The notes beneath the pieces are model-generated. The model saw only the letters and a list, made by a program, of their open reading frames with translations, was not told the DNA's origin and ran no database searches. The position numbers were made by a program, and so were the translations under genes. Source: Thalia democratica (taxonomy: Eukaryota). Taken from it: 64,000 nucleotides of DNA. The DNA is taken from assembly GCA_965202585.1 (NCBI GenBank), contig OZ241833.1:36084001-36148000 (forward strand), given 5' to 3'. Below are positions 21,641 to 32,648 of this stretch, in pieces (within the stretch, counting starts at the first letter, position 1; each line of letters starts with the position of its first letter).

Positions 21641-23141
21641 TTAAAAAATCAATAAAAAAATAAGGGATTTAATTTTTAAAAATAATTAAAGTAGAAGAGA
21701 GGCGGGTATAAATAAAAGCTTTTCCTAAAAATGTCCAAAAGAACCAAACTTCGAAAAACTTACAGTTTACCGCTGCTGGGGATCGATCTACCGTGCCTGT
21801 ACGCGGCCCCCAACTCCACACGCTGTGCTACCAGTCCACTTTATTGTGCCGATGTAATATTATAAACTTAATATTAAACATATAAGTTCATTTTAAAATT
21901 TAATCCACTTTATCATTAAGAAAACTTAAAGTAAACGCTGAAGAAATAATAGAAGAATAATTAACACATTACTTTATAGTATTTACATAATTAAATAATT
22001 TTTAAAATGCGCTGTTTGAATTTAATCAAAATTTTGTCTATCAAAAAGTTATCTTAAAATATTAAAAAGTCTTTATTTCATCTTTTTAAATTAAGGAACT
22101 ACTGAGAAGGAAAATACGGAGTTTAAACGTATATTTGTACAATAAAGCCAGACTGTTGACCAACTCTTTCTTGTGACTTTGTATATAAGAAAACATTATC
22201 AAGAGATTTTAAATCTTAAAATGTTTCTTTTTTTTTTAATTTGAAATATAAACTTTATTTAAAATCGAAACTTAATCTGTTATTAAATTGTGATTTATTA
22301 CTGAGTTTAACACATTTGTTCAAATTTTTAATTTATAAGCTAAGTAAAGTTACATACCTTTTGTAAATAAATAAAAATGCAATTCGTTTTTTAACTTTAA
22401 AACCACCATTTCTCACTTCAAAAAAAACTATGTAATGGAAAGCGACACTTCTTTTTTTAAATATTTTTGTTTAGTAGTACAAGCTATTAAATTTAAAAGT
22501 TCGTAACCTTTAGTTTTTAACATGGCTTATAACTTTTATTTATGCTAAAACTATCATAGATCATCTACTTAACGATTAGATTTGTACTTAAAGATAGTTT
22601 TAAGTGAAGAAAAAGTTAATTATAACACTTAAAGTAAACGTTCTTATTAGTAGTTATAATAATTGTATATTAACACTTAGTATGCAGTTGTAAAAACTTA
22701 AGAACTTGTGTTGAAGTAAAAAAACATTACTGTACTTACAATATTTATATAGTAAAACTAGTTTTGTTACCTCATCAAACCAACCTATTTAAAAAACAAA
22801 CGCTTCTAATCCAACAAAGCTTTTACTGATAGTTTGAAAAACTGTTTGAAATTTAAAACAGTAATTCGTTTAATTATAAACATTTATACATTTCAAGTAA
22901 CTGTGCTGATGTCTGTAATCTTAGAAACAAATAATTTATTGTTAATGAATGTTAATAAGAACACAACAGCGTCGTTTAACATAAACAATAACAAAATAAG
23001 TTTTATAATTAATATGGATTACTGTAAATTACTTTCTTAGAGTGGTTTTCAGGTTAAATATATCTATGAAGTAAACAATAAAACAATTAAGAGGTACTTT
23101 AAATTGAAAACAGATTTTAATAAATGGCCAAGAGCATCGCA
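21641..23141. repeat. Block G (1.5 kb, kelch-upstream type 2), copy 1; other copies ~24845-26340, ~32655-34125, ~44220-45715
   Basis: Near-identical text in four places (gtagaagagaggcgggtataaataaaagc ... aatggccaagagcatcgcac). Confidence 0.9.
21770..21837 (-). other. tRNA-like / possible tRNA-derived SINE head inside block G (also 24974-25041, 32760-32827, 44350-44417)
   Basis: Minus strand GGACTGGTAGCACAGCGTGTGGAGTTGGGGGCCGCGTACAGGCACGGTAGATCGATCCCCAGCAGCGG has an A-box-like TAGCACAGCG and a B-box-like GATCGATCCC about 30 nt apart. I could not fold a clean cloverleaf. Confidence 0.3.
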
Positions 23142-23200
23142 CGTTGCCAACGGTTGCCAACGGTTGGCAACGGTTGCCAACGGTTGGCCAACGGTTGGCT
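23142..23200. repeat. ~5.5 tandem copies of a 10-mer (cggttgccaa / cggttggcaa) at an inversion junction
   Basis: cgttgccaa cggttgccaa cggttggcaa cggttgccaa cggttggcca acggttggct. Derived from the kelch palindrome agccaac-c-gttggct. Confidence 0.9.
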
Positions 23201-23370
23201 GAGCCGCGACTTTGAAGGCAGAAGAGCTTTCGCGAGCGATCTCTTCGCAAAAGTGCGTCTCAGTTTGTTGTCGAGCGGCAGCTTGGAGCGTTTGCTGCGC
23301 GAAAGCTCGGCTTTTGCGGGAAACGACGAGCGCGCTGCAATTTTACAAAACGTTGTTGACAGCAAAAAAG
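23187..23370 (+). pseudogene. Inverted internal fragment of the kelch-like gene (ANGWLS...DSKK)
   Basis: Part of ORF 23124-23612; matches kelch residues ~101-161 on the opposite strand. Confidence 0.85.
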
Positions 23371-24638
23371 TCGAAAACCGCTGTTCGAAGAGAGGCCGAA
23401 AGCAAGATCGCACAATCGCGCGCAAAGCGCGCTGTTGTGCTTATTTTGCGAAGCAAAACCGAAAGAAAGCGGAGCTTTCTGAGGTTGGGACGTACAATGA
23501 AAGAGAAGCTTTGGAGGCATGGAAGTCAAAGCAAGATCGCACAATCGCGCGCGAAGCGAGCTGTTGTGCTTATTTTTGCAAAGCAAAACCGAAAGTAAGC
23601 GGAGCTTTCTGAGGTTGGGACGTAAAAAGAAAGCGAAGCTTTCGAGGTCTGGAAGTTAAAGCAAGATCGAGCGCGAAGCGGGCCTTTTTTGCGAAGCAAA
23701 ATCATAAGAAAGCGAGCTTTCTGAGCCAGGAATTTAGCTTAACGAATTCAGATTTGTTTAAAGTTAAAATATTATTTTTTCTTTTAAGTAGAGCAATTAT
23801 CCTTAATGCTTAGTTAAAACGGTAGTTTTATTTTAGTTTTTAAGCAGAATTTAGGTTAACAAATTTAGATTTGTTTAAAGTTAAAATTAGTGGAGTAATT
23901 TTGTTTTAATACTTAGTTTAAACGGCAGTTATTAAAAACTTGAAGTATTTTTTAAGAGTATTTGAAAATAGTAGAAAATATTAAAAATTTTTTATATTTG
24001 TAATATTTTAATTATAATTTTATTTACTTTATTATAAATTATTATTAATTAGTATTTGCTTTATTTGGCTAGCACAAAAGCGCGCTCTGCGCGCGGTGTG
24101 CGATACTTTTAGCTACTTATTACAAACTATTTTCTTACTTATGTAGTTCTTTTTGTTTTATAGTTAAGTGAATAGATATATATATTTTTCCTTTTTACAT
24201 TATCTGTTTCAAACTAACTTGTTCTAACCCATAGTTTAAACATAAGTTTTCTAAAATTTTAAGAGTTTTTGATAGTATTTCAAAATTTTAAAAATTTCTA
24301 ACTAATAATTTTAATTTACTTATTTTATTATTTATCTGCCTTATTCGGCTAGCACAAAAGCGCGCTTTGCGCGCGGTGTGCGATACTTTTAGCTACTTAT
24401 TACAAACTATTTTCTTACTTATGTAGTTCTTTTTGTTTTATAGTTAAGTGAATAGATATATATATTTTTCCTTTTTACATTATCTGTTTCAAACTAACTT
24501 GTTCTAACCCATAGTTTAAACATAAGTTTTCTAAAATTTTAAGAGTTTTTGATAGTATTTCAAAATTTTAAAAATTTCTAACTAATAATTTTAATTTACT
24601 TATTTTATTATTTATCTGCCTTATTCGGCTAGCACAAA
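23371..24638 (-). mobile_element. Inverted copy of the H-F hairpin element with an extra 280-bp unit
   Basis: Reverse complement of 26330-27353. The motif agcacaaa recurs at 24071, 24351 and 24631 (280-bp period). Confidence 0.7.
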
Positions 24639-24821
24639 TCGTTCTATGTAGCGCAGCAAAGCCTTAGAAATGTTTTTTAAACTGAAGGTGGCAGTTATCT
24701 CATAAAAGGCCGCCACATTCTTGAAACTTGTTTTCTCCTTGAAAACTTCGCAAATCTGGTTGCTTACTTCAACTTCACTCAGCAAAATCTTGCTTATCTT
24801 CAAAGTTGAAACAGTTTTCAT
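24639..24821 (-). pseudogene. 5' fragment of the kelch-like gene (first ~62 codons)
   Basis: MKTVSTLKISK...RYIERF, then joined to inverted H at agcacaaa|tcgttc (aaa microhomology). Confidence 0.85.
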
Positions 24822-26329
24822 ATCTTCTGTTTTGAATGCATTTGTTAAAAAATTAATAAAAAAATAAGGGATTTAATTTTTAAAAATAATTAAAGTAGAA
24901 GAGAGGCGGGTATAAATAAAAGCTTTTCCTAAAAATGTCCAAAAGAACCAAACTTCGAAAAACTTACAGTTTACCGCTGCTGGGGATCGATCTACCGTGC
25001 CTGTACGCGGCCCCCAACTCCACACGCTGTGCTACCAGTCCACTTTATTGTGCCGATGTAATATTATAAACTTAATATTAAACATATAAGTTCATTTTAA
25101 AATTTAATCCACTTTATCATTAAGAAAACTTAAAGTAAACGCTGAAGAAATAATAGAAGAATAATTAACACATTACTTTATAGTATTTACATAATTAAAT
25201 AATTTTTAAAATGCGCTGTTTGAATTTAATCAAAATTTTGTCTATCAAAAAGTTATCTTAAAACATTAAAAAGTCTTTATTTCATCTTTTTAAAATAAAG
25301 AACTACTGAGAAGGAAAATACGGAGTTTAAACGTATATTTGTACAATAAAGCCAGACTGTTGACCAACTCTTTCTTGTGACTTAGTATATAAGAAAACAT
25401 TATCAAGAGATTTTAAATCTTAAAATGTTTCTTTTTTTTTTAATTTGAAATATAAACTTTATTCAAAATCGAAACTTAATCTGTTATTAAATTGTGATTT
25501 ATTACTGAGTTTAACACATTTGTTCAAATTTTTAATTTATAAGCTAAGTAAAGTTACATACCTTTTGTAAATAAATAAAAATGCAATTCGTTTTTTAACT
25601 TTAAAACCACCATTTCTCACTTCAAAAAAAACTATGTAATGGAAAGCGACACTTCTTTTTTTAAATATTTTTGTTTAGTAGTACAAGCTATTAAATTTAA
25701 AAGTTCGTAACCTTCAGTTTTTAACATGGCTTATAACTTTTATTTATGCTAAAACTATCTTAGATCATCTACTTAACGATTAGATTTGTACTTAAAGATA
25801 GTTTTAAGTGAAGAAAAAGTTAATTATAACACTTAAAGTAAACGTTCTTATTAGTAGTTATAATAATTGTATATTAACACTTAGTATGCAGTTGTAAAAA
25901 CTTAAGAACTTGTGTTGAAGTAAAAAAACATTACTGTACTTACAATATTTATATAGTAAAACTAGTTTTGTTACCTCATCAAACCAACCTATTTAAAAAA
26001 CAAACGCTTCTAATCCAACAAAGCTTTTACTGATAGTTTGAAAAACTGTTTGAAATTTAAAACAGTAATTCGTTTAATTATAAACATTTATACATTTCAA
26101 GTAACTGTGCTGATGTCTGTAATCTTAGAAACAAATAATTTATTGTTAATGAATGTTAATAAGAACACAACAGCGTCGTTTAACATAAACAATAACAAAA
26201 TAAGTTTTATAATTAATATGGATTACTGTAAATTACTTTCTTAGAGTGGTTTTCAGGTTAAATATATCTATGAAGTAAACAATAAAACAATTAAGAGGTA
26301 CTTTAAATTGAAAACAGATTTTAATAAAT

Positions 26330-27353
26330 GGCCAAGAGCATCGCACACCGCGCGCAAAGCGCGCTTTTGTGCTAGCCGAATAAGGCAGATAAATAATAAA
26401 ATAAGTAAATTAAAATTATTAGTTAGAAATTTTTAAAATTTTGAAATACTATCAAAAACTCTTAAAATTTTAGAAAACTTATGTTTAAACTATGGGTTAG
26501 AACAAGTTAGTTTGAAGCAGATAATGTAAAAAGGAAAAATATATATATCTATTCACTTAACTATAAAACAAAAAGAACTACATAGGTAAGAAAATAGTTT
26601 GTAATAAGTAGCTAAAAGTATCGCACACCGCGCGCAGAGCGCGCTTTTGTGCTAGCCAAATAAAGCAAATACTAATTAATAATAATTTATAATAAAGTAA
26701 ATAAAATTATAACTAAAATATTACAAATATAAAAAATTTTTAATATTTTCTACTATTTTCAAATACTCTTAAAAAATACTTCAAGTTTTTAATAACTGCC
26801 GTTTAAACTAAGTATTAAAACAAAATTACTCCACTAATTTTAACTTTAAACAAATCTAAATTTGTTAACCTAAATTCTGCTTAAAAACTAAAATAAAACT
26901 ACCGTTTTAACTAAGCATTAAGGATAATTGCTCTACTTAAAAGAAAAAATAATATTTTAACTTTAAACAAATCTGAATTCGTTAAGCTAAATTCCTGGCT
27001 CAGAAAGCTCGCTTTCTTATGATTTTGCTTCGCAAAAAAGGCCCGCTTCGCGCTCGATCTTGCTTTAACTTCCAGACCTCGAAAGCTTCGCTTTCTTTTT
27101 ACGTCCCAACCTCAGAAAGCTCCGCTTACTTTCGGTTTTGCTTTGCAAAAATAAGCACAACAGCGCGCTTCGCGCGCGATTGTGCGATCTTGCTTTGACT
27201 TCCATGCCTCCAAAGCTTCTCTTTCATTGTGCGTCCCAACCTCAGAAAGCTCCGCTTTCTTTCGGTTTTGCTTCGCAAAATAAGCACAACAGCGCGCTTT
27301 GCGCGCGATTGTGCGATCTTGCTTTCGGCCTCTTTTCGAACAGCGGTTTTCGA
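26330..27353 (+). mobile_element. H-F element: ~1-kb repeat with imperfect terminal inverted motifs and arrays of triloop hairpins (unclassified, non-coding)
   Basis: The left motif atcgcacaccgcgcgcaaagcgcgcttttgtgctag occurs twice (280-bp period). It is the inverse of the right motif aagcacaacagcgcgcttcgcgcgcgattgtgcgat, which also occurs twice within ~130-bp units. No TSD identified. Confidence 0.6.
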
Positions 27354-27424
27354 TTTAATTATCCATCCCACCCGCCCCAAAAATTATATCCAATATATAT
27401 TCTAAACTATTTTTTTAATTTCAG

Positions 27425-27700
27425 AAATTTCATGTTACGTCACTAACTCTTTCAGATGTTCATTTTAGTCGACATAAAATCGTTTAAAAATATGTATGAA
27501 AAATTTGCATAAAATTAGCATAACTTTTTTTTTTATTTCATGTTACGTCACTAACTCTTCCAGATGTTCGTTTTAGTCGACATAAAATCGTTTAAAAATA
27601 TGTATGAAAAATTTGCATAAAATTAGCATAACTTTTTTTTTTATTTCATGTTACGTCACTAACTCTTCCAGATGTTCGTTTTAGTCGACATAAAATCTTT
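27425..27700. repeat. 108-bp tandem repeat, 3 units (also 35210-35480 with 3 units, 46800-46965 with 2 units)
   Basis: catgttacgtcactaactc starts at 27431/27539/27647, 35214/35322/35430 and 46805/46913. Confidence 0.9.
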
Positions 27701-29016
27701 TGTTAACCTAAATTCCTGCGCTAAAAACTACCGTTTTAACTATGCATTAAGGATAATTGCTCTACTTGAAAGAAAAAATAATATTTTAACTTTAAAAACA
27801 TGTATAAAAAATTTGCATAAAATGATCTTAACTTTTTTTTTGAGTTGATTATCAAATTTAATATCTTTGGAACGTAACTTTAAATTACTGTAATGATGTT
27901 AATTCTTGATAAATAAAAGTGTTATACGTTTAAGAAATAAATAAAGTATTACACAACTGTAATAACTGATAAATATAACAAAGAAAGTCAATGTGCTATA
28001 ATGAAACATCACTTTTGTTTTTTTGAAGTTTGATAAATCATTGCAATCTAGTATTGGTTTGAGAAAAAATAAATTTTATTTTTAGCTTACGTTAGCAGCT
28101 TACTTAAAAATCTTAAAGTAAACATTAACGATTTTGTACAATAAACTAAAAAACGATAACGCTTTTAAATCAACTTTGGTTGAATTAAATTTCAAGTTAA
28201 ACTTTAAAAGCACTAATTGCTTTAAGTTAGTTCAGAAGCTTTTTAATGTGTTGAATAGATAAATTGATAGTTTTTAATGTTTCGGAATAAAACAATCGTA
28301 TGGTCCTGGACAAGACGTTAAAAGGTATCCATGATGTGCGACTCGATAACCGAAAGGTTTTTGTGGACCAGGTCCTAGAGCCAAATATTTTGAACGTCTT
28401 TTTTTTGTCTTTCAATAAACTATAAAGGTGTATAAATAAGTTGATTGTCTAATTAACATACTATCTTATGAGAATATTTTATAAATTGTTTTAACTTCTC
28501 AAATTTAACAAATCGTTTTTAATTTTTACTTCTCAAATTTATTTATAACTTAACGAATGACTATTTAAAACTGACATGGCAAGCTACTTTGCTAATAAAG
28601 TCAATCAGCGTTTAGACGTGTAAGCGGGTTGACGCCGTGAAGGTAACTGTTAGTTGCAGGCATATAGCTTATAGCTCAAGTCGACTCGAGGTGGCTGTTA
28701 AAGGTTGTATAGCAGACCTGATTGAATAAGTAGCGAGGGAAGGTAAAGCGAAAGCTTGTTATCATTCTCAATTAAAATAACTGATTAGTGTACTCCTTAG
28801 TAAAAGTATTAAATTTATTGGTATGTTTTAAATGTTTATTACTAACAAAAAAAAAAGATTTTTAATCTGTTCTTTACAATTTTGATGGTCAAGTTGTTCA
28901 GTACTTAAGTGAATTTATTAACAAATTTAGAGCTTAAGAACTACATAAGTTTTAAATAATACCTTTTGATAAGTTTCATTAACAACACTTTGATATTGTA
29001 TGTTTTGATTTTTAGG

Positions 29017-29087
29017 AAAGAAATAAAGAGATCACAACTACTAGAGGAGATTTATTCTTTCAATACATTTTTATGCAAACTAAGTTT
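29017..29087 (-). mobile_element. Older relic of the same Penelope-like pLTR family, truncated within the ribozyme (also 36802-36872, 48285-48355)
   Basis: aaagagatcacaactactagaggagatttattctttcaatac...caaactaagttt aligns with agagagatctcaactgctgggagagaag...atttattctttcaaaa...caaactaagtttcgg at 13707-13780. Confidence 0.55.
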
Positions 29088-29265
29088 AACATTTATAAAG
29101 GGTTTTATTTTGAAGACCATGAAAATGTTTTCAGCTTAACACATCAAAGTTGTTGATAAAGTCTTAAGAACAATCCGTATACTTTACTTAGCAGCTATCA
29201 AAGTTTCACTTTTAAGACATTGAGTTTTTTTTTCAGCATTAAAACATCATAATTGTTTTTAACAG

Positions 29266-29377
29266 ATTCGACAAGTTCAACTCAAAATATAATCCGATCG
29301 GGCAGAGCATTCTGAGGGAAGTTTACATAAAAACCGATAACCAGATTGGAGGAAAATATTTTGCACATGTTTGCAGG
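29266..29377 (+). pseudogene. AMPD: Isolated AMP deaminase exon, copy 1
   Basis: Acceptor ttttaacag|, donor agg|gttagt. Translation (R)[37 protein letters not shown] closely matches the conserved AMPD2 segment recalled as [37 protein letters not shown]. No other AMPD exon was found in the window. Confidence 0.85.
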
Positions 29378-29442
29378 GTTAGTATGAATTTCTATTTGTT
29401 TTGTTAATTAACAATAAAAAACATAACAATCATTAATTTTAG

Positions 29443-32400
29443 TTTCAGTCGCTGAATTATTGAATTTTTCTGCATTTATTTCACTTGAAGGTAAAGTTTG
29501 TTAGAATATTTTACAGTTTTAACATGTTTTAAAATGAACAAAACTAAAGACTATTTTAAAATTATTTTAATTAAAAAAAAAAACTGAAAACTAAATACGT
29601 TGTTAAGCTGTATCTACAATGCTTTTATTTTATTTTTAATGTTTATAGTTATTATTTGGTATGTTTTTTACTTGAATTTTTAACCGAGCAATTTGTTTTC
29701 GTTTTGTGTAACATAGCACTTTAACTAATGTATTCGCAAAAGTAAAAAAAAAAATATAAGTTTTCTTTTACTACTTTTGTTTTGAAATATCCTTTATGAA
29801 GATTTTTTGAATATTTATTATAAAACTAACAAAGCAATATCTACAGAGTATGTAATATAGTATAATAAATTGGTTTAAAACAAAAAATTTAAAACATTAT
29901 CAGCATTTCATTCTTTCAGTGGCAAAAAAAAAAGAAAGTTTGTTTTTTAATAAAATTTTGTAAACTAAATATAGCATTTGCAAATTAAGTAACAATATAC
30001 ATTTTTGAAAATATTTTGGTTTTATTTTTAAAAACTAGGAAAACAATTTTAATATTGTACAACGTTTAAAAGTTATAAATGCCGGTCAATTACAAAAAAC
30101 ACTACTGTTTGCGTTTATTATTATTTCAAAGCAGTTCAAAAATTTTAAGTTTTATATATTCTCTTTTAAAAAAGTTGTGAACTAATCAATAACTAATTTA
30201 ATTTCGTTAACTCTAACTTTATGTTTTTCATGATTGTCTCTATTTAAATAAAGTAATATTCTACAAGTAAGGTCTTACTTGTTAATTAGCTTGCTATTAG
30301 TGCTTAAAGTTTTAGTTAAAACTCTTTGTTTATTAAACAGAACACTTTTTAACCCTTTTACTTTACTAACCTTTTTAAGTTTAGAAGGCTACAAATAAAT
30401 TATGTTTTTATATCAGAACAATACAACTTAAACAAACAAAAAATTTATAAAATCACTATAGAAATATATTCTAACAACTCCAAATCGTAAATAACTTATC
30501 ACCAATGGGTTTTGCAAGTATTTCGTTGTTATTTAAACTCAATAATTTTAAAAATTAATAAACTACCTTGTTTCAGGTTTGCAAAGCAATTTGAACAAGG
30601 AAGTCGGGATGGTCGCTCTGGGTCTCTTGTACCTGACGTTTCTCACAACTTCCATGTTCTTGCCCCCCCTAGTGATGAACATGCTCGATTGCAGGAAAAT
30701 TCTCTGCATTTCAACTCTCGCGTATGCAACCTACACTGCCGGTTTGTTGGCGTTGTTGTCTATGAAATGTTTTTATTGACTACGAACTTTACTGTTTTTT
30801 AATACGAAACCTGCTTACAGTCGTTTAATGAAAAACTACTAAACATTCGTTTTGAATTCTTATATATTTCTTTATCTTAATTCACTTTTATAAAAAGTCT
30901 AATTAGCTTATGAAATGTAAGCCGTTATAAAATAATGCTTCTCAAAATCTATAAATTTAAAGTTCATACACTTAAACTTAATTTCTTAAAATTAGACGGT
31001 TAATAGTCTAAGGCTAATAAACCATTGTATTTACAACCGCTATATTTAAAAACTCAATTTGTAGGAACCACGCTTATATAACTACTGAGTATTAAATGCA
31101 TAAAATATGTTTGAAAAACAAAAAATATTTTTATTAGCATATTTTTAGACGGTTTTAAGCATCAATACTTTGTCAAAAACTTAACAAAATTTTGTCGTTT
31201 AAAATAAAATGTTGTTAATGCTTTATTATTATTCTTTATTTATTTATTAATACTTGTTTTATTTATATAAATCAGTGATTAATCTACAGTACAAATTACT
31301 ATTCTTATATAACTTTTTTTCATTCAAAGCTATTATAACGACTCAATTGTGTTTAGAAATATTACTTTTCAAATATTAAGAAAGATATCTTCAAGATATT
31401 TATAAACTAATAAGACCAAACACCATAAATAAACAAACTTCGCTTCAGTTTATAATTTTTTCGCAGCAAATTTCTACCCTGTCGCTCACACCATCGTTCC
31501 CGCCGCCGTGTTGCTGGGGACGGGCGCCTCGTTGTTATGGAGCGGCGTGCGGGTCTACGTGGCCAAGATTGCGGTGTGGCACGCCACCGCGCGGCAGAAA
31601 AGCGCGGAAAAAACCACCTACTTGTTCTTCGGCGTCTTCTTCGCCGTTTTCTCGTTCGCCGTCATCGTCGGCAACCTCGTCATCTCCTTCCTCGCTTCCG
31701 TGACGAGTGACGTCACGACGAGCAACATGACGTCATACAATTCCACCGACTGCGGGCTGTTTTACACAATGGATGAAGCTCCCCAGAATTCCTCGTCGGA
31801 GGTGAACTCCCTTCCAAGGGAGAAAGTAAAGTTGGGTTTGGGCGTCTTCCTGGCCATGCAGCTGGTCGGCGCCCTCTTGTGCCTGTTCCTCTACGAAACC
31901 GAACCCAGTTTCCGTAGCAACGACATAGAAGTAACAGAAGGGGAATCCCCCGAAGTTATAGAGGAGAAGAGCACGTTGAGGCTGCTGAAGCTGATCTTCA
32001 AGGTTTTGAGGAGGGACAAGCCCGCATTGCTGCTCATGCCCATCACCATGAGGGGGGGTTTTTTGTGGGCGTTCGTCATGGGCCAGTTCACCAGCGCCTG
32101 GATCTCTTGCGCCATTGGTTAGTAAATATTTCATGATATATAGTTGATTTAATTGAAATAAGTTTCTTTGTACAGAAACAAAATTTTTAAATAATTTTAG
32201 GCGTTGTGGTAGTTTGAAATGTGAAAGCATAACTACTGTAAGTTTTTTTTTTTCTTGATCTTCAAACTTTATAAGAATTAGAGAGAATTGTGTATTAAAA
32301 AAAATTCAGTCATACGGACAGGTATTTAAAACTTAAACTGTTGTTTATACCTAGAATAAGTTATTAAACTTTATAAATTTTCAGTTAAATTTTTTGTCTA

Positions 32401-32648
32401 AATATGTGTATATTAAAAAGTTAATTTAAAGTTACTGTTCCTCAAGCAGAAAAGTAAAAATTCAAGAAAGCCAAAAATTATATTAAATAAAAATACGACA
32501 ATGTAATGAAACTCAGAAGCTTAATTTTTCTTTTTTATTTATACCAAATGCGTTACAGGCACTTTAAGCTTTATTTTACATTTTAAGGAATTACTCACGT
32601 GACGAACTGCATGGCGGTGTTGGGGGCGGCGATGGCAATGAGCAGTTT
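29443..32648 (+). pseudogene. UNC93A: UNC-93-like copy 2: exons 29443-29490, 30577-30741, 31467-32117, then 32588-32648 truncated
   Basis: SVAELLNFSAFISLEG|LQSNLNKEVGMVALG...SMFLPP...TYTA|ANFYP... with a 6-bp in-frame deletion in the long exon. The next exon is broken after MAMSS by a junction to block G. Confidence 0.85.

Larger units (their letters stand above)
20527..23977. repeat. Large inverted repeat: arms 20527-21317 and 23187-23977 (~791 bp), spacer ~1.9 kb
   Basis: Each arm is the F hairpin block plus a kelch BACK fragment. At least 3 mismatches were seen between the arms. Confidence 0.9.

Noticed and set aside
22834-23040. 68-aa ORF recurring at 26038, 33821 and 45412 (and a 62-aa ORF at 28227, 36011 and 47493)
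   Set aside because: Recurrence reflects recent duplication. The 68-aa ORF starts at TTG, both are AT-rich with no domain, and there is no evidence of coding constraint.
23142-23200. Short repeats here and the 108-bp and 130-bp repeats as possible CRISPR arrays
   Set aside because: Eukaryotic context, no unique spacers and no cas genes.
28575-28780. GC-elevated segment with a short resemblance to LSU rRNA (gacctgattgaataagtagcgagggaagg) and a 16-bp near-palindrome ctcaagtcgactcgag
   Set aside because: The similarity is ~30 nt, gapped, and does not extend. It could be a promoter or 5' UTR exon (donors at ~28642 and ~28742), but I could not link it to a gene, and the ATG at 28576 gives no convincing UNC-93 N-terminus.
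31733-32230. 165-aa minus-strand ORF (also 51052-51489) and 74-aa ORFs antisense to the UNC-93 long exon
   Set aside because: Antisense shadows of a high-GC3 exon.
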